A stretch of DNA of 64,000 nucleotides from an uncultured Gammaproteobacteria bacterium. Its GTDB lineage: Bacteria; Patescibacteriota; Microgenomatia; UBA8517. Numbering within the stretch: position 1 is the stretch's first letter; every line of letters begins with the position of its first letter. The position numbers and the translations under genes were made by a program. Under the pieces are notes generated by a model. It made no database searches. It saw nothing but the letters and a program-made list of their open reading frames with translations, and had not been told where the DNA came from. Positions 29,501 to 37,800 of the stretch are shown here, piece by piece. The stretch is from contig CAZOVJ010000002.1 of assembly GCA_964583685.1 (NCBI GenBank), positions 111,333 to 175,332 of the forward strand, given 5' to 3'.

Positions 29501-30508
29501 GGCATGGGTTGCAACCAATTCTCCGACCCGTCTAAGACGGCGGTTAGCCAGGTGATCTATGTCATCGACTTTCCCTTGACCATTTTGCAGAGAAATCAAG
29601 TAGGATAAGGTGGCGACAATATCTTGTTTTGTTAAAACTCCACTTGACTCATCATTAAGAAGACCCATCTTCAATCTTTTATTTATCTTGTATCGTCCCA
29701 CTCTTCCCAAGTCGTATCTTCTTGGATCAAAAAAAAGAGTATTAACTAGATTTTCTGCATTTTCTAAAACAGCCGGCTCTCCTGGTCTCATCTTTCTATA
29801 AAATTCAAGAAACGCCTCCTCGCGCGTCTTGGTTAAATCCTTTTCTATTGTGCTGGCTATATATCGGTGGCTATTATCTATATCAGCATCGGAGAAAAGT
29901 CTCAAAATCTGGATATCTGAGGCAACCCCCATTATCCTCAAAAATGTCACCGCATTCATTTTTCTTCTTTTGTCTATCCGAACAGCAATAATGTCCTTTC
30001 TATTCACCTCAAACTCAATCCAAGAACCATGTAGGGGTCTTATCTCCGCCTTATAAAGCATTCTGCCGGAAGAAGGATCTAAATCACCTGAAAAATAAAC
30101 TCCAGGGGACCTTACCAGCTGATTGATAACGGCTCTTTCAACTCCCTTGACAACAAATGTTCCTGAAGAGGTCATCTGGGGAATGTTCCCCAGAAAAACT
30201 TCCTGGCTAACCTTCTTGCCCGTCTTTTTATTGATTAAGGTTGCTTTTATCTTGAAGGAAGAAGAAAAGGTCAAACCTTTTTCTCTAGCTGTATCCGGAG
30301 TAATCTGGGGAGGCTCCAGCTTAGGCTCAATCAATTCCAGCTGCCAATTCTTCCCTGTAAAATCCTCAATTGGTAAAATCTTGACCAGCTCTTGCTTGAT
30401 TCCCTTTTCTAAAAACCACTGCCAAGACTCTCTTTGAACTAGAATAAGGTCTAATGGGGGCAGTTTTTTCTCTGTTTTTCCGAAATTGCGTCTTTTAGGT
30501 TGGGCCAT
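23576..30508 (-). CDS. rpoBC: DNA-directed RNA polymerase beta-beta' fusion (RpoB-RpoC in one 2310-aa ORF)
   Basis: The N-terminus is beta-like. The beta C-terminus [27 protein letters not shown]...LAVELGKEG runs in frame through a linker [20 protein letters not shown] into the beta' N-terminus [11 protein letters not shown]...[26 protein letters not shown]...[12 protein letters not shown], and ends with the beta' C-terminus. The junction is at about 27210..27275, with no stop codon. Confidence 0.9.
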   Translation of the reverse strand: MAQPKRRNFGKTEKKLPPLDLILVQRESWQWFLEKGIKQELVKILPIEDFTGKNWQLELIEPKLEPPQITPDTAREKGLTFSSSFKIKATLINKKTGKKVSQEVFLGNIPQMTSSGTFVVKGVERAVINQLVRSPGVYFSGDLDPSSGRMLYKAEIRPLHGSWIEFEVNRKDIIAVRIDKRRKMNAVTFLRIMGVASDIQILRLFSDADIDNSHRYIASTIEKDLTKTREEAFLEFYRKMRPGEPAVLENAENLVNTLFFDPRRYDLGRVGRYKINKRLKMGLLNDESSGVLTKQDIVATLSYLISLQNGQGKVDDIDHLANRRLRRVGELVATHAFRVGLLRLERSVKEKMSLISPDDRPLPSNLINARPLIVSFNEFFRSNQLSTILDNTNPLSEVDNLRRISVLGPGGISRERASFSIRDVNSSQYGRIDPVRSPEGPNIGLVTYLALYARINEYGFLEAPYRVVKKIKRNGKTKVKISDEIIYLAADDEEDYHITHLGVNIDRYGFIIDERVAFRHQGIFTEGAVDLVDLIDITPRQVFGTSASLIPFLAHDEGNRALMGANMQCQAVPLLKQSAPIVGTGMEKMIASAMGRVIRSGYQGKVGYVDAQRIEIKLDKKTDEKRLDNLEISDKGRKAIYHLDKFKRSSQSTCYNQKPRVLTGQRVKKGDLLADGPACEDGELALGQNLVIAYCSFEGYGFEDSILISERLVREDILTSIQIKEYKVEIVETKLGPEELTRDIPNIAETELANLAEDGIVIVGAEVGPRDILIGKIAPKGETELTSEERLLRAIFGEKAREIKDTSLRVPHGEGGTVVEVMILDKEKGDELGPGVIKSVIVKIAQLRKITVGDKLSGRHGNKGVIAKIIPIGDMPYLDDGTPVDIIISPLSVLARMNLGQLLECHLGWALEHKGEKGAVPVFDEIGEDVIVKELKSAGLPVNGKTRLFNGKTGEAFKEDTVVGIGYILKLKHMVEDKAHARSTGPYSLVTQQPLGGKAQMGGQRLGEMEVWALEAHRAANILQEMLTIKSDDIIGRAQAFRAIVKGEDIPDAKVPESFRVLIRELNSLCLAVELGKEGDKDALLRLRDLTDFKSLRLKLASPDEIRAWSKGEVTKPETINYRTLKPEKDGLFDERIFGPTKDYECYCGKYKRIRYKGVICDKCGVEVTESRVRRERMGHINLAAPVVHVWFFKGAPSRISLLLDLPPRALDQVIYYAKYLVISVNEKQKKEAIKKLEKVRLEKTKEIKEIFKEKKNLIKKEVKEKKESVRVKIKDKEQLALAISEIGLEVRKKKATLSEEEQTMLENMGELFSKLVSLVRGIQALGFLSEDEYDKLAFYDATAFLEVKTGAEAVLSALESLNLKKLSLEIKKELEELKGRGERYIKLAKRLKLIDALRDAKIDPSWAVLRVLPVLPPDLRPMVQLSGGRFAASDLNDLYRRVINRNNRLKHLIVLGAPDIILRNEKRMLQESVDSMIDASQRKATRRGRGRQVLRSLSDMLKGKKGRFRQNLLGKRVDYSGRSVIVVGPELKLNQCGLPKEMALEMFKPFVLHEMIIREIAPNVRSAKNMLDQKPAEVFDILEEITKNHPVLLNRAPTLHKLGIQAFYPVLIEGKAIRIHPAICAGFNADFDGDQMAVHIPLSKKAVKEAIDLMLSDKNLLRPADGSPIAAPAKKEIALGVYYLTSEDSRIKPCETVFSDVDEAISAYQMGVIELRQKINIRLALKTVETTTGRLLLNKVLPPGFNFINQAADSSVIKDLMNKAFFQLKHTETIKLIDNIKDLGLKGGTISGLSFGISDATLLPEKGKLIRQADKKIAGIENNFSQGLITNEEKKRLIQEIWIETTEEIADKTWEVIDTEGSIRMVIDAKVGRTSRNQIKQLAGMRGLVVDPLGKIVELPIKGNFREGLSVFEYVASSRGSRKGLTDTAIKTADAGYLTRRLVDVAHDVLVREEDCGTTEGLVIRRSVRPEFFDNRIVGRIASEDIKTSKGKVILKKGKIIDEQKTEEINKAKIDAVMVRSPLTCSTRYGVCAQCYGWDLSNKEIVKIGVPVGVVAAQSIGEPGTQLTLKTKHSGGVVGVDVTQGLPRVEELFETRTPKILSPLSEIAGKVEISETEAGWKVKVVSVQTKPKEEREYLIPKANELRVTKGQLVDVGTQLASGSLDIKEILAVRGLRKAQEYLVNHLQEVYESQGIPINDRHFEVIIRKMGDEVKIMTAGDTSLLPGELVEKAKFEEENEAVLAAGGEPASARQEILGITRRSLFTESWLSAASFEQTTNVLTKAALFGKRDYLRGLKENVIIGRLIPVT

Positions 30509-30558
30509 GAGCGATTTCTAAGGATGCAAAATTCCCGCATTGTACGCGGGAGAAGCGT

Positions 30559-30586
30559 ACTGGGTACGCCTGCTATGGATTATACA
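30559..30586 (-). promoter_or_regulatory. Putative sigma70-like promoter for rpoBC (TTGACA-16-TATAAT)
   Basis: On the reverse strand, TTGACA is at 30586..30581 and TATAAT at 30564..30559, about 50 nt upstream of the rpoBC ATG at 30508. Confidence 0.5.
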
Positions 30587-30657
30587 CAAATAAAATCAGC
30601 TGTCAAGCCTCCATCCCTTACAAGTTCGTTGTGCACGTGCATCGCAAACTTGTCACG

Positions 30658-31656
30658 TCATTTGCCCAAATATGTCCGGATATTCTGATCATGCTCTTCA
30701 ATTGTCCGGGCATAATGAATCCCGCCTTGAGAATCATGTAAATAAAACCAATAGGGAGAATCTTGACTATAGACAACAGCCTTAATTGAAGAAAGTCCAG
30801 GATTAGCAATGGGACTAGGAGGCAGACCTTTAAATTTATAGGTATTGTAACCAGAGCTTATGGCCAAATCATCTTTATCAAGCAACTGCCACCAATCACA
30901 TTTAGCATTTGACATTCGGCATTTGGCACTGGCTACCGCGTATTGGACAGCCGCATCGGCCTGGAGAGGCCAATTCTCTTCTAATCTCTTAAGAAGGATA
31001 CCAGCAATAATCGGCTTCTCTGTTTCTGTCCCAGTCTCTCTTTCCACTATCGAGGCAAGTATAACCATCTCATTTAAACCCATGTCTTTGTTTCGCAGGT
31101 CTCTTTCTATCTGCGAATCAACTCTTTTATCAAAAGTGTTAAGCATCTTCTTGACTACAGCTGAGGCCGAGGCGCTTTTGGGAAAAAGATAGGTGTCTGG
31201 AAAAAGAAATCCTTCCTTATTATTGGAAATCAATAAGAATTTGTCTTGAAACATCTTTGCCTCTTCACCGACTAAACTTAGAGCCTGGATAAATCTCTCA
31301 ACAATCTCCTCTCTTCTCAAGCCCTCAGGGATAGTTACCCAAACCTCTAAAGGACCCCTTAAGAGGGTAGCCACCAACTCGGGCAGAGAAAGATTAGTTG
31401 GCAATCGATATTCGCCGGCCTGAATCTTATCAGAATTACCGGAAACCTGAACATAAATTTTAAAAACCAAAGAGCTTTTGATTAGACCTTCTTCTTTAAG
31501 TTTATTGCCAATCTGAGAGGCTGAGGCGCCTTTGGTTATCACAAACCTCTTTATAATCTTCTCGCTACTTAGAGGTTCAAGGGTCTGATGCCAACAAAAC
31601 AGCCCTCCGACAACCAGCCCAATAATGATTAATAAAAAGGCTAAAAGCTTTCTCAT
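30658..31656 (-). CDS. mltG: Endolytic murein transglycosylase MltG (YceG-like)
   Basis: N-terminal membrane anchor, then a YceG-like domain (…ITKGASASQIGNKLKEEGLIKSS…YNTYKFKGLPPSPIANPG…). Confidence 0.75.
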   Translation of the reverse strand: MRKLLAFLLIIIGLVVGGLFCWHQTLEPLSSEKIIKRFVITKGASASQIGNKLKEEGLIKSSLVFKIYVQVSGNSDKIQAGEYRLPTNLSLPELVATLLRGPLEVWVTIPEGLRREEIVERFIQALSLVGEEAKMFQDKFLLISNNKEGFLFPDTYLFPKSASASAVVKKMLNTFDKRVDSQIERDLRNKDMGLNEMVILASIVERETGTETEKPIIAGILLKRLEENWPLQADAAVQYAVASAKCRMSNAKCDWWQLLDKDDLAISSGYNTYKFKGLPPSPIANPGLSSIKAVVYSQDSPYWFYLHDSQGGIHYARTIEEHDQNIRTYLGK

Positions 31657-31668
31657 CTGGATTAATAA

Positions 31669-31869
31669 TTATACTTCTTCAAGGAGTGCCCGTCTGTATT
31701 TCTTTGTTTTGGGGTCAAAAATAAATATCCGACCGCAAGAGCAAACTACCTTTTCAGTTCCATCCTTCCTCTTCGTTCTTTTCCTCGGCTTCAACTCCTT
31801 ACCACAACCAACACACTTTCCTTGAGAAAGCAACCAAGCCTGGATAGGAGCAATGATATTCTTAAACAT
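31669..31869 (-). CDS. Small zinc-ribbon protein, hypothetical
   Basis: 66 aa with CVGCG...CSCG (two Cys pairs) and basic residues. Confidence 0.4.
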   Translation of the reverse strand: MFKNIIAPIQAWLLSQGKCVGCGKELKPRKRTKRKDGTEKVVCSCGRIFIFDPKTKKYRRALLEEV

Positions 31870-31918
31870 CTCCTTTTTCTCTACTTTCTAGATAAACAAA
31901 TTATAACATAATTATCTG

Positions 31919-32314
31919 TCAAAAGTGAGAGGTGGTTCTGTCTAGATATTTTTGGAGAATGAGGCTGGCGGAGAAGGCATGTTCAAGTTTCTTTCTCTTC
32001 TTTCTAGAAATACCGGCTTTAATAGCCAAGGCCTGAGCATCTTGAGAACTAAGAGTTTCATCTTCCAAATCAACTTTGAGACCAGTAATCTTGACCAGCT
32101 CTTTGGCAAAAATTTTTGTTTTCTCAGCCATTACTCCTTCCGATATGCCGACAACAATCCTTTCAACTCCCTCTTCAACAACAATCTTCTTTAATTTTGG
32201 AAAAACTTCCTCAACCTTCCTCAGCCTAATAACCCGGAAGGGCTCGGCAATGGCTGAAACTGCCAGAGCCAAACCAATCTTCTTTTCACCATAATCAATG
32301 CCGAGTATGGACAT
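31919..32314 (-). CDS. ruvX: Putative pre-16S rRNA nuclease / Holliday junction resolvase-like YqgF
   Basis: The MSILGIDYGEKKIGLALA N-terminal RNase H-like motif typical of YqgF/RuvX. Confidence 0.75.
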   Translation of the reverse strand: MSILGIDYGEKKIGLALAVSAIAEPFRVIRLRKVEEVFPKLKKIVVEEGVERIVVGISEGVMAEKTKIFAKELVKITGLKVDLEDETLSSQDAQALAIKAGISRKKRKKLEHAFSASLILQKYLDRTTSHF

Positions 32315-32948
32315 GGGCTTCTTCTAAGGGCACTATTCTTGCCCTAATAACCAGCCTTTTGGGCTTCAGGGGATGGCCGGGCGGGACACAAGTTATTAAG
32401 GTTAAAAAAGAATCACTCTGATTCTGCTCTAAAACCTGAATGTTTGTGGTTAGGGCCTCAAAAATGTCCTCAACCCGATATTGATAAGAAATGCCGTCAT
32501 ATTCTACCTCAATCTCATCACCCCTTTTCAGACTGGGCAGAGTAGAAAAAATGGCCAAATAATCCTTGGGGTTGTAAAACTGAGGCAAGATTGAATGGCC
32601 GAAAATAACGGCATTCCCCCGCTTGCCGGGCAGGGCCGTACCCGGGTATTGAATCAGGCTCTGAGACAAATCCTCTCCACCGATGGCCACAGTTGCATTT
32701 TCTATTTTTAGCTTGGGAATGGAAAGAGTATAAAAAGAAATCTTCAGAGAAACAAAATCATTGCTTTCCTTTCCACCAACAAACCAATTGCTGGCCTTTG
32801 TATAGTCTGGCTGGGAGACAGAAGAACTGGCTGTCTTTGTTTCATAGGATAAAATTGGGTAAAGAACGGAAAAGAGAATAACAACACCTGAAACTGCACA
32901 AACGGCAGCTATTATGGTAATGAAAGTTTTGTTTTGCCAGAGATTCAT
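32295..32948 (-). CDS. Sortase family transpeptidase
   Basis: N-terminal membrane anchor; conserved His (AVIFGHS), catalytic TLITC motif and downstream Arg (RLVIRARI). Confidence 0.7.
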   Translation of the reverse strand: MNLWQNKTFITIIAAVCAVSGVVILFSVLYPILSYETKTASSSVSQPDYTKASNWFVGGKESNDFVSLKISFYTLSIPKLKIENATVAIGGEDLSQSLIQYPGTALPGKRGNAVIFGHSILPQFYNPKDYLAIFSTLPSLKRGDEIEVEYDGISYQYRVEDIFEALTTNIQVLEQNQSDSFLTLITCVPPGHPLKPKRLVIRARIVPLEEAHVHTRH

Positions 32949-35107
32949 TCTTCTGCCACTACTTCAATAGATATATTCCTGTTGATTCGGGGTAGAGTTC
33001 TCAGTTTTCCAGGAAGAGATGGCTTCAAACGGATCTCCACCCGAGTGAATCCAGAAATTGTTGAAAGATGATCTTCAGCCAGGGGCAGGTATTTTCCCTT
33101 AATTGCCCTAGTAATCTCCTCCGGCCTTATCTCAGGAAGCAAATTGGCTTTAAAAACTACATCAAGCTGCCAAATTCCGTTCTCACTCTTTTCATTCAGA
33201 TAAAATTCTGCTTCAATCTGCTCTTCCTTTAAAACAAAACCCTCGGCAACCTGGTCCTCCAAAATCCCTTTTGCCAATTTCTGTAAATCTGACCTTAAAA
33301 CAATTAGACCGGCCATGTCTAAAGACATACTCAGCTTAAGGGTGGGTGCCTCATCGCCAAGCTTGTGATTGAAATCCCTGGCTGAGACTGTTTTTTCTAT
33401 TGCCTCTTCGATAAAAATCTTCTCTTCACTTACCTGCTCTCGAATTTGCTTCTTGCCAAGATCAAGTAATTCTTCGCTTAAATCTCTTTCCAAAATATCT
33501 TTATCCTCAGAGGAGACAACGCTAATTTCCCGACTCGACCCACCCAAAAAATCCTCCTCTGCTATCCCGTCGACTTCGCTCTTGGGATAATTAGCCACCT
33601 GAAAGGTTTGTTCTTTCGCCAAGTTGTACTCAGCCCCAATTTCCTCCGCAGTGACGCTGACGCTGGCTGTACCCGGAGAAGAAGGAGAAACTGCGGCCGA
33701 CACTGAAGCTGAACTGTCAAGTGTGAAACTTAGATTGTTTGGTCCTAAAATTTTTGTCTCTGCCGCCAGCCTGATGTTCGAAGATGTTCCATTCTGAATC
33801 AAAACCTTACCCTTGGCCTTTTCCCCCACTCTTTTACTTCCTGTGGTCGAGCGTGTTTTATCGGCTGAAACTGATGTTTCCAAAACATTACCAGGCAAAA
33901 GCCTCTCTTCAAAATTGGCACCATTTACTCTCGGATCAACAAATAAAATTTCTTTTTGCTCAATATTCTTGGGGGCAACATAAATTGTCACCTCTGCTTT
34001 AGGTAAAAACCACCAAGCAGAAAGAGCAAGAATGATAATAGCGACAAAACCTATTCCTCCAAAAACGAAAAATCTTTTACCCGTCATCCCTCTCTGAATA
34101 GAAAAGGGAAAACTCTTCAGCTTTTTTAAAACAACAGAAGACAATGCTTTCTTAAAAAAAGAAGGTTTCTTGACAACAGGGGGAGTAGCCATTGTTTGAT
34201 CCACCTCCCTCCTTTGCTGTTCTTGAGTTATATCCTTACCAACGGTAAATCCCATATCTTCTGGCCCAAGGGCCTGGCTCTCAATCTTTTCCTTCTCTTG
34301 TTCTTTTTTTTCTCCTTCTTCTTCCGGCTCTTGCCTCTTTTCAACCTCAAGAGAGACAACTCCTTCTATCTCTGATGCCCCGGCCAAACAAACACTAAAA
34401 AGCTTACTGTCTGAGTCAATAATTTCCACCTTTGGGGTGTGAAGAAATTGTACCTTTTCTTGCAAATTTCCTGTCCAGTCTGCCGCTATAAGAATCTGCT
34501 TCTCTTCTTCCAGGTCGCCTTCTCTACCATTGTATATCAAAAATCGTGAGGGAAATGGCTCACCGGTTTTAAGCCTAACCAACCCCTCAATAAGATCGTC
34601 TACCACTGAAACGCTTCTTGTCACAGAGGTTGTGCCCACTAAATTTCCCAGTCTATAAACAGCTATATCCAAGAGTTCTTGGCCTAGACCAATAACCACC
34701 GCACTTAAAGGAGAACCTTCTTCTGATTTAATAAAATGAGCAATTGCTTCTGGAAGAACAACAAATCCCACTGGTTCAAGAGAAAGTTTAGAACAAATCC
34801 CTCTTATCTTGTCCAAATATTCTTTTTTTATCTGGCCTTTCAAGACCCATGATGATGAAACTCCAAAAACTGTTTTTGAGGGTTCGGGTGCATCTTCGGG
34901 TAAATCCTGTATTGCTAGCGATAAAGAAGTATCAGCCACATTTGGCAAATCCTCATCTTTCTCCCAACGAGAGGGGGGGCTGGTTGAGTAAACTTTTGCC
35001 TTCTTTGTTTCCTGGTCTATTACCCAAACAGCCGCCTGAATCCAATTAGGCTCGATTAGTAGAGACCAATAATACTCTTGCATAGATTCTCCGAATACCC
35101 GAGGCAA
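32945..35107 (-). CDS. Hypothetical bitopic membrane protein (about 330-aa cytoplasmic N-domain, one TM, about 350-aa extracytoplasmic domain)
   Basis: 720-aa ORF. The N-terminal region (YYWSLLIEPNWIQAAVWVID...) is weakly reminiscent of actin-like FtsA/PilM N-termini. An acidic linker is followed by a TM helix (FFVFGGIGFVAIIILALSAWWFL) and a Ser/Thr-rich C-terminal domain. Confidence 0.5.
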   Translation of the reverse strand: MPRVFGESMQEYYWSLLIEPNWIQAAVWVIDQETKKAKVYSTSPPSRWEKDEDLPNVADTSLSLAIQDLPEDAPEPSKTVFGVSSSWVLKGQIKKEYLDKIRGICSKLSLEPVGFVVLPEAIAHFIKSEEGSPLSAVVIGLGQELLDIAVYRLGNLVGTTSVTRSVSVVDDLIEGLVRLKTGEPFPSRFLIYNGREGDLEEEKQILIAADWTGNLQEKVQFLHTPKVEIIDSDSKLFSVCLAGASEIEGVVSLEVEKRQEPEEEGEKKEQEKEKIESQALGPEDMGFTVGKDITQEQQRREVDQTMATPPVVKKPSFFKKALSSVVLKKLKSFPFSIQRGMTGKRFFVFGGIGFVAIIILALSAWWFLPKAEVTIYVAPKNIEQKEILFVDPRVNGANFEERLLPGNVLETSVSADKTRSTTGSKRVGEKAKGKVLIQNGTSSNIRLAAETKILGPNNLSFTLDSSASVSAAVSPSSPGTASVSVTAEEIGAEYNLAKEQTFQVANYPKSEVDGIAEEDFLGGSSREISVVSSEDKDILERDLSEELLDLGKKQIREQVSEEKIFIEEAIEKTVSARDFNHKLGDEAPTLKLSMSLDMAGLIVLRSDLQKLAKGILEDQVAEGFVLKEEQIEAEFYLNEKSENGIWQLDVVFKANLLPEIRPEEITRAIKGKYLPLAEDHLSTISGFTRVEIRLKPSLPGKLRTLPRINRNISIEVVAEE

Positions 35108-36866
35108 CTGCCTTTTCTTTAATTATTTTAACACGCCCTAGCTCGCCAAGCCGACGAACATGGGGGCCCCCACAAATCTCCTTAGAAAACCATCCACCGG
35201 CTGGCGGACCAATACTATAAACTTTTACCTTCTCCTCATACTTTTGTCCAAAAAAGGCCAATGCTCCCTGCTTCTTGGCTTGCTCAAGAGTCATCGTCTC
35301 AGACGAAACCTCTAAATTTTTCCCAATTTGTTCATTTACTAAATCTTCAACCTTTTTAATTTCCTCATCAGTTAATTTTTTAGGGTGGGAAAAATCAAAC
35401 CGCAAACGCTCAGGCGTAATATGAGAACCTTTTTGCTCAACATGCTTGCCCAAAACCTTTCTCAAGGCTGCCTGCAAAAGATGGGTAGCTGTATGTAACT
35501 TTTTAGTCTCCTCACTTGTATCCGTCAATCCTCCCTTAAACATACCAGAACTTGCCGTTCTAGATTTTTCTTTATGTTTTTTCCTTTCTTTCTCAAAACC
35601 TTTAACATCAATACCGACACCTTGCTCTTTTGCATATTCTTGAGTCAGCTCTAGTGGCCACCCGTATGTCTGATAATAATCAAACGCTCTCTGTCCAGAG
35701 ATAACTGAACCCTTTTGTAGTAATTGAATTTCTTTTTTTACAGGACTGGAGGCTAGGGTTTTTTCAAACCTTTCTGTCTCACTGATTATAACTTTAGCAA
35801 TATCAGGCCGCGTCAGATAGCCGTCTGGGTACCTTTTCTTAAATTCGTTGATAACCTCAGAAAGCAAACCCTTTTCTAAATCAATATTCAAAGATTTTGC
35901 CTGTATAGAAGATCTTCTTATCAACCTGCGTAAAATATACCCCTGTTTCTTATTAGAAGGCTCTATGCCAGCATTAACAAGAAATATAGCCGCTCTTATG
36001 TGATCTAAGATTATTCTTATTGACCTAGAGGAATCTTTAGAATCTCGTAATATAGATCCTTCTATCTTCTTTTTTGCGCCTACAAACACATCAGTTTCAA
36101 AAATATCTGGTTCGTTGTTTACTGCAGCTACAGTTCTTTCCAACCCTCCTCCGAAATCAACATTTTTTTGGGCTAATTCTTCCAATGAACCGTCTTTCTT
36201 CTTTTTATATTGAATAAAAACTGAATTTCCTATTTCCAAAAATCTTCCACATTGACAGTTCGGGTGGCATTTTTTCCCAAATTTCGAATCATGTTTAACC
36301 TGGGTAAATTCGTAAAAAATCTCAGAGTCCGGTCCGCCAATTTCACCGCTGGGCATCTGGCTGGGAATTCCTGTTCTTGACCACCAATTTTCTTCGACCC
36401 CGTAATAGAAAATTCTTTTTTCCGGGACGCCCAATTTTTTATAAATTTCCGCCGATTTTTCATCCCTGGGCACATCCTTTGTCCCGCTAAAAACAGTTAC
36501 ATAGAGTTTATCCTTGGGCAACTTAAGCTCCTGAACAAGAAATTCCCAAATCCAGGCAAGTTGTTCTTTCTTAAAGTAATCACCCAAGGACCAGTTGCCA
36601 AGCATCTCAAAAAAGGTTGTGTGCCGATTATTACCAACCTCATCTATATCCTCAAGCCTCAAACAGGGTTGAGAATTGACCAAACGCTTTCCTTGAGGAT
36701 GGGGTTTTCCCAGAAGATGAGGAACTAACTGCTGCATTCCAAAAGGAGTAAAAAGCGTTGTCGGATCACTCTCAGGAACCAAAGGAGCCGGGCTAATCTC
36801 CTGGTGGCTTCGTGGGGCTTTCTTAAAGAAACCAATATATTTTTTTCTGGCTTCATTTGTTGTCAT
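35046..36866 (-). CDS. alaS: Alanine--tRNA ligase, short form lacking the C-terminal C-Ala domain
   Basis: Class II catalytic core (…FTPFGMQQLVPHLLG…RHTTFFEMLGNWSLGDYFK…) and the editing domain (HTATHLL...CGGPHV); 606 aa. Confidence 0.85.
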   Translation of the reverse strand: MTTNEARKKYIGFFKKAPRSHQEISPAPLVPESDPTTLFTPFGMQQLVPHLLGKPHPQGKRLVNSQPCLRLEDIDEVGNNRHTTFFEMLGNWSLGDYFKKEQLAWIWEFLVQELKLPKDKLYVTVFSGTKDVPRDEKSAEIYKKLGVPEKRIFYYGVEENWWSRTGIPSQMPSGEIGGPDSEIFYEFTQVKHDSKFGKKCHPNCQCGRFLEIGNSVFIQYKKKKDGSLEELAQKNVDFGGGLERTVAAVNNEPDIFETDVFVGAKKKIEGSILRDSKDSSRSIRIILDHIRAAIFLVNAGIEPSNKKQGYILRRLIRRSSIQAKSLNIDLEKGLLSEVINEFKKRYPDGYLTRPDIAKVIISETERFEKTLASSPVKKEIQLLQKGSVISGQRAFDYYQTYGWPLELTQEYAKEQGVGIDVKGFEKERKKHKEKSRTASSGMFKGGLTDTSEETKKLHTATHLLQAALRKVLGKHVEQKGSHITPERLRFDFSHPKKLTDEEIKKVEDLVNEQIGKNLEVSSETMTLEQAKKQGALAFFGQKYEEKVKVYSIGPPAGGWFSKEICGGPHVRRLGELGRVKIIKEKAVASGIRRIYARVLLVSTNRA

Positions 36867-36913
36867 CCTGCCTGAATTATACCCTCAACTGAAAACCTTA
36901 TCCAGATACTTAG

Positions 36914-37180
36914 TCACTCCTCAGAAAGGGGTGGGGCCTGAATATTTCCCTGCTCTCTGGTTTCAAGCTTTTTCTTTTTCCGAAAAATCTCCAAAATACC
37001 GGTTAGCTTTTCCGGTCTAATCAAGCCACCTCCCAGAATTGCATCCTCAAGTAGACTATTAAATCTCCTTACTGCCCGCCTGAGATCAAAGATAAATAAA
37101 ATCACTTGAATACCTACTACCAGTAGAAGAACAGTCAAACAAATAATAACGATGGTCAAAAGTAACTGAATTCCTGTCAT
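36914..37180 (-). CDS. Small membrane protein, hypothetical
   Basis: 88 aa with one N-terminal TM helix; translationally coupled to the upstream gene. Confidence 0.4.
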   Translation of the reverse strand: MTGIQLLLTIVIICLTVLLLVVGIQVILFIFDLRRAVRRFNSLLEDAILGGGLIRPEKLTGILEIFRKKKKLETREQGNIQAPPLSEE

Positions 37181-37800
37181 AATTGCACATCAATTCTTCG
37201 CTGAATACTTGTTTCTTTCCCCGATCGAGAGATGGCTCTTATCTCAATCTTATCAGTCCCCTTAAAAACCTCAATTTCTGTCACAAATTTTCCATCATCT
37301 TGGACTAAAACCGGTTGATTGTTAACCTTTATGCTAGCCTCAGTATCGGTCTTTCCGCTTACCTTAACTAATCTTTGTTGAATAAGGACATCTTCCTTGG
37401 GTTCATAAACAGTAAGCATTGGCCCAGAAATAAAATGCCAGTATTGAAAACCAAGGTAGCCTAAAATTACGGCCAGAGTAACTACTGCTCCCAGTAAAAA
37501 GGTTAATTTTGGGCTCCAAATAAGCCTTTTTGAAAAATCAGGCTTAGGATTAAGAGAAACTTTTTTGGGAGGATAGTCTCGCCGCAATAAAGCAACAGCT
37601 CGTTTTTCATTCGCTCCAAGAAACTGAGCAATACTTTTAACAAACCCCAAAACTACTGAAAAATCAGGTAGGGCTTGCCAATTTCCCTCTTCTATTGCTT
37701 TAATAAATTCCTCTTTTATTTTTGTCTTATCCTCTAATTTGGCCCGCGAGTATCTTTTTTTAAGACGAGCCTCTTTGAGAACTTCACCTATTGTCTGCAT
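37177..37800 (-). CDS. rodZ: RodZ-like cytoskeleton protein (N-terminal XRE-type HTH plus TM)
   Basis: The HTH IGEVLKEARLKKRYSRAKLEDKTKIKEEFIKAIEEGNWQALP is followed by a TM segment and a C-terminal beta-rich domain. Confidence 0.55.
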   Translation of the reverse strand: MQTIGEVLKEARLKKRYSRAKLEDKTKIKEEFIKAIEEGNWQALPDFSVVLGFVKSIAQFLGANEKRAVALLRRDYPPKKVSLNPKPDFSKRLIWSPKLTFLLGAVVTLAVILGYLGFQYWHFISGPMLTVYEPKEDVLIQQRLVKVSGKTDTEASIKVNNQPVLVQDDGKFVTEIEVFKGTDKIEIRAISRSGKETSIQRRIDVQL

